This document shows, piece after piece, positions 1-9,427 of a DNA stretch of 64,000 nucleotides. Within the stretch, counting starts at the first letter, position 1. Every line of letters starts with the position of its first letter. A program made the position numbers and the translations under genes. The notes under the pieces were generated by a model. The model searched no databases and was not told the origin of the DNA. It saw only the letters and a list, made by a program, of their open reading frames with translations. Source of the stretch: Gammaproteobacteria bacterium (GTDB lineage Bacteria; Pseudomonadota; Gammaproteobacteria; Arenicellales; JAJDZL01); NCBI GenBank assembly GCA_022823625.1, contig JAJEHQ010000038.1, forward strand, positions 527 to 64,526, in the 5' to 3' direction.

Positions 1-1934
1 TTTCCATCAACAATTATGAAACAACCGGTTTTCTGTCCCTCGATCAGTGTTCCAACATTATTGATAGAAACAGTTCCCAAGCCGCAATTTTCGATGATGA
101 TCCAAACAGATTCCTATCAAAAGCAAATGCCATCAACCGCACCCTTCATCGCAATCAGATTCCTGTTGGAGACAGGGCTGGTTTTATGGCGGCATTGCTT
201 CTTGCTCTGGCTCAGGATGGCAATATGCGGATCCACGAACGACCGACAGCGTTAGTACGAGAAATCAATGGGAATATTGTTGATATGCTCAGACTGCATG
301 GGAAAGAGGATTTTGCAAACAGCATCAAGTTGGCACTCCCAGCAACACCAAAAAATCATAAGCAGTTTCGTAAAGCGATTATCGAGACTTTGCAGCACCT
401 TCGTGAAATGAACATACGTTCAGCAATCAATGGAGGCGATGATGCTCTTGGAAAGTTCTACGAGACATTCCTTCGTTACGCCAATGGCGCGAAAGAAATG
501 GGAATTGTGTTGACCCCGAGACATATCACTCAATTTGCTGTCGATGTTCTGAAAATTGGGAGAAGGGATCGTGTATTCGATCCGGCCTGTGGCACTGGTG
601 GTTTTCTCGTATCCACGATGGACACAATGAGAAAATCGTTGGGCGGTAGCCGACAGAAAGAATATGAAGATTTCAAGAGTAACTGTCTGTTTGGCGTAGA
701 CAAGACGGATGATGTATACAGCCTGGCTTTGGTCAACATGATTTTTCGAGGCGATGGAAAGTCCAGGATGTATGACGGTGATTGTTTTGACCATGATTTC
801 TGGGAAAGGGATGGTGAAGTGTTTTATACGCTTCCTGAAGACAGGGAACCACAAGGAGCCGTGCGTCCATTTTCCCGTGTATTGATGAACCCGCCGTTCA
901 AGCAGATTCCTGATGAAGCCGGATTTGTCGATTATGCAATTCGACAGACGAAACCAGACGCACTTTTATTTGCTGTTCTTCCTGCCGTAATCATTCACGG
1001 GTCAAGGTATTCGGAATGGCGCAAGGGACTGCTGAAGCGCCACACCGTATTGGCAGCCATAAAACTGGATAAGAACGTGTTCTACCCCATTGCCGAAAGC
1101 ACCTATGCCCTGATTGTCAAAACCCATTGCCCACACAAATTTGAAAACAAGACATTCATGGGGATTCTGCATGATGATGAACATAGAACCCGCCGCTCTA
1201 AAATGCTGTCCAAATATGCAACGAAGGACAATGTAGAGCAGATTACAGGCGAACTTCGCAGATTCATCTCTGGCAAACCATGTAAGGAAGACGCTCCCCG
1301 TGAACAGAGACTTGTCAGTATCAATCCAGATGAGGGGTGTGATTTTGCCCCTGAATCCTATCTAAGCAATAGAGCGCCAAAACGCCCATTAGACCTGTCG
1401 GATTTGTCCACAACACTCTACAAAGCAAAGTATGTAGTTCGATCCAGACAGAAAACACGCACCATTCACAAGGTTGAAAATCAGAAACTGTTTCCGTTGG
1501 GTGATTTCATTGAAAAGGAAATGTCACCTACACTGGATAACCTGAAAGACCTTCCAGCCGGAAATGTTCCTGTGATCTCTGCTACTGCTGATAATAACGG
1601 AATAGCAGACTGGAAAGGCGTACCTAAAGAGGTTCGGCTTGAAAACTGCATTTCCATTTCCAAAACGCACAACACAAAGCCATGCCAGGCTTTCTGGCAT
1701 CCATACAAGTTTGCCGCCATACCGACAGTATTGCTGTTCAAACCGATTGATGAGTTTGTCGATGATGAAAACGCCATTCTGTTCCTGTGCCAGTCCATCA
1801 CGGAAACCAATTCATGGCGCTACGATTACGGCAGGAATGTTATACTGAAGAAATTGGAAGTTTTTCTCCCATGCACCAAATCAGGAGAAGTTGACATGAA
1901 GCGCATCATTCAGATTGCTGAGAAAGCAGTATGA
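1..1934 (+). CDS. N6-adenine DNA methyltransferase fused to an HsdS-like target-recognition domain (5' end outside window)
   Basis: The frame is open from nt 3 to the ATG listed at 186, so the 5' end lies outside the window. Motif I VFDPACGTGGFLV precedes motif IV VLMNPPFKQ, the gamma-class N6-adenine MTase order. The last ~200 aa (LFPLGDFIEK..NVPVISAT..KLEVFLP) resemble one type I S-subunit TRD. Confidence 0.8.
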   Translation, partial: SINNYETTGFLSLDQCSNIIDRNSSQAAIFDDDPNRFLSKANAINRTLHRNQIPVGDRAGFMAALLLALAQDGNMRIHERPTALVREINGNIVDMLRLHGKEDFANSIKLALPATPKNHKQFRKAIIETLQHLREMNIRSAINGGDDALGKFYETFLRYANGAKEMGIVLTPRHITQFAVDVLKIGRRDRVFDPACGTGGFLVSTMDTMRKSLGGSRQKEYEDFKSNCLFGVDKTDDVYSLALVNMIFRGDGKSRMYDGDCFDHDFWERDGEVFYTLPEDREPQGAVRPFSRVLMNPPFKQIPDEAGFVDYAIRQTKPDALLFAVLPAVIIHGSRYSEWRKGLLKRHTVLAAIKLDKNVFYPIAESTYALIVKTHCPHKFENKTFMGILHDDEHRTRRSKMLSKYATKDNVEQITGELRRFISGKPCKEDAPREQRLVSINPDEGCDFAPESYLSNRAPKRPLDLSDLSTTLYKAKYVVRSRQKTRTIHKVENQKLFPLGDFIEKEMSPTLDNLKDLPAGNVPVISATADNNGIADWKGVPKEVRLENCISISKTHNTKPCQAFWHPYKFAAIPTVLLFKPIDEFVDDENAILFLCQSITETNSWRYDYGRNVILKKLEVFLPCTKSGEVDMKRIIQIAEKAV

Positions 1935-2027
1935 CCACTCAGCGCAAGAAAGTTCCTGCTGAAAAAGGCTCGCCAATCGAGCAGAAAGAACTCCATCCTC
2001 AAGGAAAACAGCGATTCCTCGAAGTGC

Positions 2028-2897
2028 TTAAACGGGCTGTGTCTCCCGCAAAAGTTCCATCAAACGACTGAACATATTGCCCGGAGACTTCCGCAGGTTG
2101 TGTCGGAAGTCAAACTCAGACAGATATTTGCTCATGTGCTTCGCTGATATGTGGACGTGAGTGCCTCTCACACTTCGCTTGAACAGCGACCAATGACCTT
2201 CAAGGGAATTTACATGGCAATCGTTTCTGGCATACTCACCTCGCCCGTGTTGAACGCTATCGTGTTTGTATCCCCGTTGTCCGAGCGTGGTATACGATCT
2301 AAGTTCATCGGTGTGTATCAGCGAACCTGGGCGGATTGTCTCACGCACGATAGGCTCCAGCGTCTTTCGCTTCACATTTGGAACCGGACGGGTTTTGATC
2401 TCGCCACCCCGTTCTTTCATACCAAACACAACCGTCTTGCCCTCAGCACCACGTCCGCGTTTGCCTCTGCGTTTTCCGCCAACATAAGTCTCATCCACTT
2501 CCACGCAACCGAATAGTCCGCCTTTATCATTATCGGCCATCAGCTTGCGAATCTGGTGTCCAATGCGCCAGGCGCACTTGTAGGTCACTCCGAGTTGTCG
2601 TTCCAGTTCTTTCGCGGATACGCCATGTCTTGTAGCAGTGAACAGATACATGGCATAAAACCATTTGTTCAATGGGGTACTGGATTTCTCGAAGGGTGTG
2701 TCAACACAGGGATAGACATGCGCCCCGCAGAATTGACAGGCGAAGGCTCTGCGCTTGCTGATGCGGTGATACTTGGTTTCTCGCTTGCAACCTTCACAAA
2801 CCGGCTTGTCGCCGTATCGAAGTTGCATGATTGTGTTCAGGCAGGCATCATCGTTAGGATAATCTTTCTGAAACGCGTAAAATGTGTAGTATGACAT
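2028..2897 (-). CDS. IS1595-family (ISXO2-like) transposase
   Basis: N-terminal Cys-rich zinc ribbon (CEGCKRETKYHRISKRRAFACQFCGAHV) followed by an IS1595-type DDE core (VEVDETYVGG.., IHTDELRSY.., NSLEGHWSLFKR). I could not find terminal inverted repeats by eye, so the element ends are undefined. Confidence 0.85.
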   Translation of the reverse strand: MSYYTFYAFQKDYPNDDACLNTIMQLRYGDKPVCEGCKRETKYHRISKRRAFACQFCGAHVYPCVDTPFEKSSTPLNKWFYAMYLFTATRHGVSAKELERQLGVTYKCAWRIGHQIRKLMADNDKGGLFGCVEVDETYVGGKRRGKRGRGAEGKTVVFGMKERGGEIKTRPVPNVKRKTLEPIVRETIRPGSLIHTDELRSYTTLGQRGYKHDSVQHGRGEYARNDCHVNSLEGHWSLFKRSVRGTHVHISAKHMSKYLSEFDFRHNLRKSPGNMFSRLMELLRETQPV

Positions 2898-3050
2898 CGA
2901 CTAACCCCCTGATTTCTATTCGATGTCATTAGTTATACAGTATTATTTACTTGTTGTCAAGGGATAATAACCATATATTAAATAAGTTAGAAATAGTATC
3001 ACAAATGATTGCATATGTATATCGAGATGGTTGAAATGCCATAAAAATAA

Positions 3051-3106
3051 ATATCATTAGTGATATATTATTGACAATTGGCAAACAAAACTATCGCTAA
3101 TGATAT
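3051..3106 (+). promoter_or_regulatory. Putative hipBA promoter/operator region
   Basis: ATATCATTAGTGATAT (3051-3066, perfect 6-4-6 palindrome) and the related TATCGCTAATGATA (3092-3105) bracket a TTGACA hexamer (3071-3076) just upstream of hipB. Confidence 0.4.
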
Positions 3107-3107
3107 T

Positions 3108-3440
3108 ATGAAAATAACCAAATTTACGCCAGAGACTGAAATTCTCCAGGAATTTGCCAAACGTTTCGCGATAATTCGCAAGGCGCAAGGTTTCTCGCAA
3201 ACTGAATTGGCAAAAGAAGCTGGCATAGGCGTTGCCACACTTCGCCGAATCGAAAGCGGACGAGACAGCCAGCTTGAAACATGGCTAAAACTTCTTAAGG
3301 CATTGGATATGGCACCCGCCATTGATACACTACTGCCTGAGAAATTCAATTCTCCAATGGTCGAAGTCCTCGCCGGAAAGCGCAGGAAACGTACAAATCT
3401 CTCTCCCTCGTCCGGCATCGTGTGGGGAGATGAAGCCTGA
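3108..3440 (+). CDS. hipB: HipB-like XRE-family HTH antitoxin
   Basis: XRE-type HTH (GFSQTELAKEAGIGVATLRRIESG). The stop overlaps the hipA start (TGATG). I prefer ATG 3108 over the listed TTG 3078, which would place the second operator-like site inside the CDS; the start remains uncertain. Confidence 0.75.
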   Translation: MKITKFTPETEILQEFAKRFAIIRKAQGFSQTELAKEAGIGVATLRRIESGRDSQLETWLKLLKALDMAPAIDTLLPEKFNSPMVEVLAGKRRKRTNLSPSSGIVWGDEA

Positions 3441-4738
3441 TGAGTACAGCGACTGTCAAATTGTGGGGTACCACAATTGGATACGTCTCAATGGATCATG
3501 CGGAACGGCATGCTCGGTTTGAATATGATCCAGAATTTGTGAATTTTGGTATAGAGCCAGCTCCGCTATGCATGCCGCTGCGTAGAGGTCACATTTATCA
3601 GTTTCGAGACTTGCATCCCAGATCTTTTCATGGGTTGCCTGGTATGATTGCCGACAGTCTGCCAGATAAATACGGTAACAAACTTATTGATGTCTGGCTT
3701 GCCCAAACTGGAAGGCAGCCAACACAGTTCAATGCTGTAGATCGCCTCTGTTATACCGGAACGCGCGGCATGGGAGCGCTGGAATTTGAGCCTTCAATCG
3801 GCAGTGAAACAGCAAAGGATAAACGCCTTGAAATCAGCCATCTTGTCGAACTAGCTTCATTAGCTTTCGCCGACAGCAAAACACTCAATACCAAACTCAC
3901 ACCTGGTAATGATCAGAGTGCGTTACTCGATATTCTGAGCGTTGGGACATCGGCGGGCGGTGCCCGCGCCAAGGCTGTCATTGCTTACAATCCGGAGACA
4001 AAAGAAGTTCGTTCGGGGCAGATAGATATGCCGCCCAAGTTTGAACATTGGTTGATTAAATTTGACGGCGTAGCTTTCAGTGGAGATTGGGGTATGGCTG
4101 ATCCATCTGGCTACGGCCTTTTGGAGTATAGCTATCATCGGATGGCAAAGGCTTGCGGCATCGACATGATGGACAGTCGCATATTCAGCGAGAATGGTCG
4201 CAACCATTTCATGACCAGACGCTTTGATCGCAACGAACAGGGTGGTAAAAGTTTTGTCCAGACATTTGCAGCAATTACACATTACGATTACTATGAAAGC
4301 GGCATTCATTCTTATGAGCAACTCTTCATGACAATGCGCCAGTTGGATATGCCGCAGAGTGCTATTGAAGAGCAGTTCCGTCGAGTTGTCTTCAATGTGG
4401 TTGGGTGCAATCAGGACGACCATGTAAAAAACTTTGGTTTCATGATGAATCGTCAGGGTAATTGGGGCATCACACCAGCCTACGATCTTTGCCACGCCGA
4501 AGGCAGTGACTACACTAGATTCCACCAGTTGAGCATTAACGGTAAAACAAATGAATTTGCTATGCAAGACTTAAAAAGCCTTGCAAAATATGCCCGACTG
4601 CCGCGCAATCGCGAAAAGATCGTCCTTGAGCAAACTGTCGATGCGTTTTCAACATGGCACCAAATGGCAAGAGAGCTCGATATACCGAAGACGTTGCAGG
4701 AACACGTATTGCGCACGCTACGCTTGTCTTGGTCCTAA
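3440..4738 (+). CDS. hipA: HipA-family serine/threonine kinase toxin
   Basis: 432 aa. Carries the HipA-type motifs GTSAGGARAKAVI and catalytic DDHVKNFGFMM, and is translationally coupled to the upstream HTH gene. Confidence 0.9.
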   Translation: MSTATVKLWGTTIGYVSMDHAERHARFEYDPEFVNFGIEPAPLCMPLRRGHIYQFRDLHPRSFHGLPGMIADSLPDKYGNKLIDVWLAQTGRQPTQFNAVDRLCYTGTRGMGALEFEPSIGSETAKDKRLEISHLVELASLAFADSKTLNTKLTPGNDQSALLDILSVGTSAGGARAKAVIAYNPETKEVRSGQIDMPPKFEHWLIKFDGVAFSGDWGMADPSGYGLLEYSYHRMAKACGIDMMDSRIFSENGRNHFMTRRFDRNEQGGKSFVQTFAAITHYDYYESGIHSYEQLFMTMRQLDMPQSAIEEQFRRVVFNVVGCNQDDHVKNFGFMMNRQGNWGITPAYDLCHAEGSDYTRFHQLSINGKTNEFAMQDLKSLAKYARLPRNREKIVLEQTVDAFSTWHQMARELDIPKTLQEHVLRTLRLSWS

Positions 4739-4758
4739 ATCGAATTACCGCCGGTCGC

Positions 4759-4791
4759 TACAACACCGAGGCCACCTCGTTGTTGTAATTT
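4759..4791 (+). terminator. Putative rho-independent terminator after hipA
   Basis: 13-bp stem with one mismatch (TACAACACCGAGG / CCTCGTTGTTGTA), a 3-nt loop, then ATTT. It sits about 20 nt after the hipA stop. Confidence 0.5.
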
Positions 4792-4934
4792 CGCACTACT
4801 GGGATTGCAAAACGCCTCAGCATTGAAAATTTTTCGGCTCCCCTTTCCGTGCGAATGCGACAGCGTTATTTATCTGCCATAGTTGAGATGCAAAATGATT
4901 GATACATAAATCAACATAAGTTAAAATAATATTG

Positions 4935-5468
4935 ATGTCAAAATCAACAAATAATTTACAGCATATCGTTAACGAGCTCAGTTTTGCAGCGCGCCAGCGC
5001 AGTATTAACGATACTCACTGGGCAGCGCGAGCCGGTCTGCCGAAAGAAACGCTTTCCAGATTGCGTCGCCGAGACAATTGTGACTTCAGTACACTTGCCT
5101 CATTAGCGAATGCTGTTAACATGTACCTCGGCACTGTGGATACGACACAGCCATTGCTGACACGAGACGGTCATTTTCCAGTCGAAATTGGTCGAGAATA
5201 CGAAGAATCCTTGCTTCGTTTATGTGCATCTGATTCACTGAATTTGGCGCAGTGGGTAGCAATGGGGCCACACTTCTTTATGGCTGGATTGGCTGTAATG
5301 CTTGCCAGTGTGGATAAATATGATCGCTGTGGTCTACTACTGCTGGCTGAAAACATAAGCCCTGGAGCCAGCAAACCAGACATTTTTGAACGCTGGCTAA
5401 AGCATAGTCCACTTAGACCGTCGCGGTTTCTGCCAATGCTGGAAACTACGGCACACCATGCAATTTGA
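4935..5468 (+). CDS. HTH-like protein, putative antitoxin partner of the downstream nucleotidyltransferase
   Basis: N-terminal HTH-like stretch (THWAARAGLPKETLSRLRRRD). 11-nt overlap with the next gene. The listed start 4932 is TTG; ATG is at 4935. Confidence 0.5.
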   Translation: MSKSTNNLQHIVNELSFAARQRSINDTHWAARAGLPKETLSRLRRRDNCDFSTLASLANAVNMYLGTVDTTQPLLTRDGHFPVEIGREYEESLLRLCASDSLNLAQWVAMGPHFFMAGLAVMLASVDKYDRCGLLLLAENISPGASKPDIFERWLKHSPLRPSRFLPMLETTAHHAI

Positions 5469-6063
5469 TTCTTTAGCTCAGCCAAATTTTCTGACTGCGT
5501 TTCAACGGATCGTTCGCCGCATTGCAGAATCGTTGAGAGAAACACCCGAAACGGCTCTACCTGTAAGCATGTATATCTTCGGCGGTGGAGCAGTACACTT
5601 CTATACTGGTGATCGAGTTTCTATAGATATCGATGCTACATTTTCTCACCGCGTCGCATTACCGGATGACCTTGAAGTTTCCTATAGAGCCCCAGATGGA
5701 GCTGCCAAGTTGCTTTATTTTGATCGCCAATTCAATGACAGTTTCGCACTTGTACATGAAGAGGCGTATCGCGATTCTGTACCACTTGAGCTGAGCGAAA
5801 TCGATTCCAAAGTACTGGATATTCGTTTGCTTAGCGCTCTTGATCTTGCTGTGAGCAAGATCAGCCGGTTTGCAGACCATGATCGACAAGATATTGCTGC
5901 TTTGGCGAAACAAGGGTTAATAAATAGCAATGCATTGCGCATCAGGGCAGAGGAAGCCATGAAATTCTACGTTGGGAATTTGGATCGGTTGCAGACCTCA
6001 ATTGATCTCGCCTGCAATATTGTTGCCACAGTAGAAAGACAAAAAGGAAAATTGGCCAAGTAA
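5458..6063 (+). CDS. Minimal nucleotidyltransferase (AbiEii/DUF1814-like), putative toxin
   Basis: Pol-beta-type NTase signature IFGGGAVHFYTGDRVSIDIDATF (GG ... DxD). Short for the family at 201 aa. Overlaps the upstream HTH gene. Confidence 0.55.
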   Translation: MQFDSLAQPNFLTAFQRIVRRIAESLRETPETALPVSMYIFGGGAVHFYTGDRVSIDIDATFSHRVALPDDLEVSYRAPDGAAKLLYFDRQFNDSFALVHEEAYRDSVPLELSEIDSKVLDIRLLSALDLAVSKISRFADHDRQDIAALAKQGLINSNALRIRAEEAMKFYVGNLDRLQTSIDLACNIVATVERQKGKLAK

Positions 6064-6316
6064 ATTCAGGAAATTTGACATTGTCAGAAAGTAGTTGCGG
6101 GTGCGGGCTGGATGAGAATTCCGCCCCAATTTCCTCATTGAGTATACGGACTATATGTTAAAATATTGAGTCCCGAGATTCCCAAGCCGCAAGTTATTCT
6201 GTTGCTGGTGCTTGGGTTTCTTTTCTTGGATTGGTGATTTCAACTGAAATTGGTACACTGCCCAAGGTGTAAAACAATTAAAGTTTGTGTCCACCACATT
6301 TTGAATGGATGTCGTC

Positions 6317-6394
6317 GTCCCCATCGTCTAGTCAGGTCTAGGACACCAGCCTTTCACGCTGGCGACGGGGGTTCGAATCCCCCTGGGGACGCCA
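6317..6394 (+). tRNA. tRNA-Glu (anticodon UUC)
   Basis: Acceptor stem GTCCCCA/TGGGGAC. Anticodon stem CCAGC/GCTGG with loop CTTTCAC (TTC central). T arm GGGGG-TTCGAAT-CCCCC. Discriminator G plus encoded CCA. Close to the E. coli tRNA-Glu sequence as I remember it. Confidence 0.93.
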
Positions 6395-6405
6395 GAAATA
6401 TTGAT

Positions 6406-6442
6406 TCGCACCTTCTTCCAATGGATTAGGTGCGATTCTTTT
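6406..6442 (+). terminator. Putative terminator after tRNA-Glu
   Basis: Stem TCGCACCT / AGGTGCGA with a rather large 14-nt loop, followed by TTCTTTT. Confidence 0.45.
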
Positions 6443-6568
6443 ATCCACTATGGAAATCGTCTCAAAAAAGTTTCAACATTCAAGCCCTCTCTAACTACCC
6501 ATTTGTTGTGACGAGTAGTTAGCACTTTTTCGTATCATTCGAGTCAAATGTAGAAAACACTTTGAATT

Positions 6569-9421
6569 ATGGCTATGAATAAGTTTCACATCGGTTTTCG
6601 CGTGTTGAGTCTACTTCTTGGACTCTTCCTATCAGTTGCAGTAGCGGCGGAGTTTCAGAAAAGTCCAAATGATCATCGCGAATATCGCGCATTTCAACTC
6701 GACAACCAGTTGCAGGTGCTAGTCATATCAGATCCTGAAACATCTCAAGCAGCAGTTTCATTGGCGGTCCGAATCGGTGCGGGTGATGATCCGCCGGACC
6801 GAGCAGGTCTCGCTCACTACCTTGAACATATGATGTTTCTTGGGACCGAAAAATATCCTGAGCTGGACAGTTACCGAAGGTATATCGATCAGAATGGCGG
6901 GTCATCGAATGCGTTTACTGCGATTGATCTCACCAACTACAACTTTCGAATTGATGCCAATAAACTTCAACCTGCATTGGACCAATTCTCTCAGTTTTTC
7001 ATCGCACCGTTATTTCCAGAGCAACAAATTGATCGTGAGCGAGCGGTTGTGCATGCAGAGTACGAAATGCGCACTCAACGCGACTCTGTGCGACGCTGGT
7101 CAGCGATGCGACAAGCCTACAATCAAAATCACCCAGCATCCCGATTTGCGTCTGGCACCAAAGATACGCTAGCTGGAGATATCCGTGATGAACTGATTCA
7201 GTTTTTCGAAGAAAAGTACAGTGCTAATCTTATGAATCTGGTGATTTTGGGTCGTGAGCCGTTGGATCAGCTTCAGATGTGGGTGGAGGATATGTTTTCC
7301 GATATCAGAAACAATCAGTATGCTGAGCGGGAAATCACTGAACCTCTGTTTAGTCCGGGTAGCTTACCAGCATTACTGAAGTTCAAAACTTTGAAACATG
7401 ATCCAACTTTGGCTCTCATGTTTCCGCTGCAAAATCTCGATCCGCACTGGCGTGAACGTCCTGGATCTTACATTGCTCACCTACTTGGGCACGAAGGGCA
7501 GGGTAGCCTTCTGTCTGAGCTAAAGGATCAGGGATGGGCACTTGGACTTTTTGCTTCGACGAGTGACACTGGAATTACGACTTCCGCATTCAACGTGCAT
7601 ATCTCTCTGACTGAGGAGGGATATCAGAACTGGGATCAAGTTGCGGGATATGTTTTTCAATACATCCGGGAAGTTCGAAATCGCGGAATAGAAGAATGGC
7701 GATTCAAAGAGAACCAAATTCTTGCTGAAATTGGATTTCGATTCGCTGAACTAGATGATCCCGCAGGTGCAGTAACTGGCTTGGCATCTCAGCTTCATAA
7801 ATACCCCCAGAACGAGCTGTTTCCAGCTCTATACCTGGTCGAAAATTATGATCCCGATCTGATAACTGATGTTCTGGATCGAATGACACCCGAAAATGCT
7901 TTAGTAATTCTCGCTGGCGCAACCGTGGAAACTGACCAAATTACTCCCTACCTCCGGTCTGAATTCTCGATCATAAAAATTGAACCGGAATTGGTTACAA
8001 ACTGGAATTCGGATGTTGCTGACACTTCAAATTGGTTACCACTACGGAACGAATTTCTACCAGAAAATCTAGATTTGGTTGCAGGTAATGAAGCGGCCGT
8101 ACCGGAGCAAATTTATAGCAGTCCTGGATTTGAGTTGTGGCATCAGACCGATACCTCGTTTGATGTTCCGCGGGCAAGCTTTTTTGTGACAGTACGAAGC
8201 CCAATAACAAAGTCATCTGCGAAAAACTCAATTTTGTTGTCCTTGTATATCGATGCGCTTAATGATCAGTTAAATGAGTATGTTTACCCAGCCCTGATTG
8301 CTGGACTAGACTTCAGTCTCTATCCTCACTCGCGCGGCTTCAGTTTTCGAATTTCCGGATTCAACGACAATCAGTCTGCTTTGCTGGAGCGAATACTTGA
8401 GACGCTAAAGTCTGCTGAATTTGATCCAGACCGGTTTGAGATTCACCGGCAGGAAATGATTCGCGACATTGAAAACAGTCGCAGAGATACAGCCTATCGT
8501 CGTACCATTTCGGATTTCTATTCGACAATTCTCATTCCCAATTGGAGTGAAGAAGAGCAACTACGTGCATTGGATGAAATCGACTTTGATGACCTTCTAG
8601 TATTTGGTAGTGAAGTTCTAGAACGAATCAATGTTGTAGCGCTTTCACACGGCAATGTTGAGTACGAAACCTCAAAATCAATGGGACAGATGGTTGCAAC
8701 TCTTGTCGATCCCGAGAACGTAGTTGAGGTGCATAAATCCGATGTGGTCGTTCTTCCGGGTGAAGGTCCATACCGACGGCTTATTGAAATTGAGAATGCA
8801 GATTCAGCGATTTCGCTTTACCTTCAAGGTGCTGACAAGTCAATTCGTGAACGGGCATATATGAGTCTCTTATCTCAAATTATTCAGACACCCTTTTTCT
8901 CCGATTTGCGTACGGTACAACAAATGGGATATGTGGTTTTCTCGCACTACATTCCGGTTGGACGAGTTCCTGGAATCATGTTCGTTATTCAATCTCCTGA
9001 TGTTGTTCCAGACGACATGAACGCTGCGGTTGAAGTTTTCCTTGAAAATTTCCCAGACTGGTTGGCAGAGCGGGTTAACAGTGATGAATTTGAAGCATAC
9101 AAAAGCGGTATTACTGGGCGGTTGTTGAAGAAATACGACTCACTTGGTGAAAAGTCAGAAGTCTATTGGACTGCAATTGACCAAAAGGAATTTAATTTTG
9201 ACAGCCGGAAGGTCTTAGCTCAGGAAATTGAGAAGATTGATCGGCAGTCATTTGACCAGTTTGTACAAAATCTGCTAATCGGAAAGTCTGATCATCGTTT
9301 AGTCGTATTGGGCTATGGCGAGAACCATGGGTTGCCTGTTGACCAGGTTTTAAGTGTCGGGCTTACGATCACAGATCTCGATAGTTTCAAGCAGGGATTG
9401 GAACTGTTTCCACAGGGTTAG
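6569..9421 (+). CDS. M16-family (insulinase/pitrilysin-like) zinc metallopeptidase, secreted
   Basis: 950 aa. N-terminal signal peptide (LLLGLFLSVAVAAE). Inverted zinc motif HxxEH in GLAHYLEHMMFLGTEKYP. Confidence 0.9.
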   Translation: MAMNKFHIGFRVLSLLLGLFLSVAVAAEFQKSPNDHREYRAFQLDNQLQVLVISDPETSQAAVSLAVRIGAGDDPPDRAGLAHYLEHMMFLGTEKYPELDSYRRYIDQNGGSSNAFTAIDLTNYNFRIDANKLQPALDQFSQFFIAPLFPEQQIDRERAVVHAEYEMRTQRDSVRRWSAMRQAYNQNHPASRFASGTKDTLAGDIRDELIQFFEEKYSANLMNLVILGREPLDQLQMWVEDMFSDIRNNQYAEREITEPLFSPGSLPALLKFKTLKHDPTLALMFPLQNLDPHWRERPGSYIAHLLGHEGQGSLLSELKDQGWALGLFASTSDTGITTSAFNVHISLTEEGYQNWDQVAGYVFQYIREVRNRGIEEWRFKENQILAEIGFRFAELDDPAGAVTGLASQLHKYPQNELFPALYLVENYDPDLITDVLDRMTPENALVILAGATVETDQITPYLRSEFSIIKIEPELVTNWNSDVADTSNWLPLRNEFLPENLDLVAGNEAAVPEQIYSSPGFELWHQTDTSFDVPRASFFVTVRSPITKSSAKNSILLSLYIDALNDQLNEYVYPALIAGLDFSLYPHSRGFSFRISGFNDNQSALLERILETLKSAEFDPDRFEIHRQEMIRDIENSRRDTAYRRTISDFYSTILIPNWSEEEQLRALDEIDFDDLLVFGSEVLERINVVALSHGNVEYETSKSMGQMVATLVDPENVVEVHKSDVVVLPGEGPYRRLIEIENADSAISLYLQGADKSIRERAYMSLLSQIIQTPFFSDLRTVQQMGYVVFSHYIPVGRVPGIMFVIQSPDVVPDDMNAAVEVFLENFPDWLAERVNSDEFEAYKSGITGRLLKKYDSLGEKSEVYWTAIDQKEFNFDSRKVLAQEIEKIDRQSFDQFVQNLLIGKSDHRLVVLGYGENHGLPVDQVLSVGLTITDLDSFKQGLELFPQG

Positions 9422-9427
9422 TTCGAA

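Noticed and set aside
74-87. A 14-nt exact match, TTCCCAAGCCGCAA, at 74-87 and 6179-6192. I considered it as possible att-like direct repeats bracketing the first accessory patch.
   Set aside because: Similarity stops at the 14-mer. A handful of 14-nt coincidences are expected by chance in a 64-kb window. One copy lies inside the methyltransferase coding frame.
16-255. Listed 79-aa ORF at the very start of the window.
   Set aside because: It overlaps out of frame with the methyltransferase reading frame, which is open from nt 3. No motif and no RBS.
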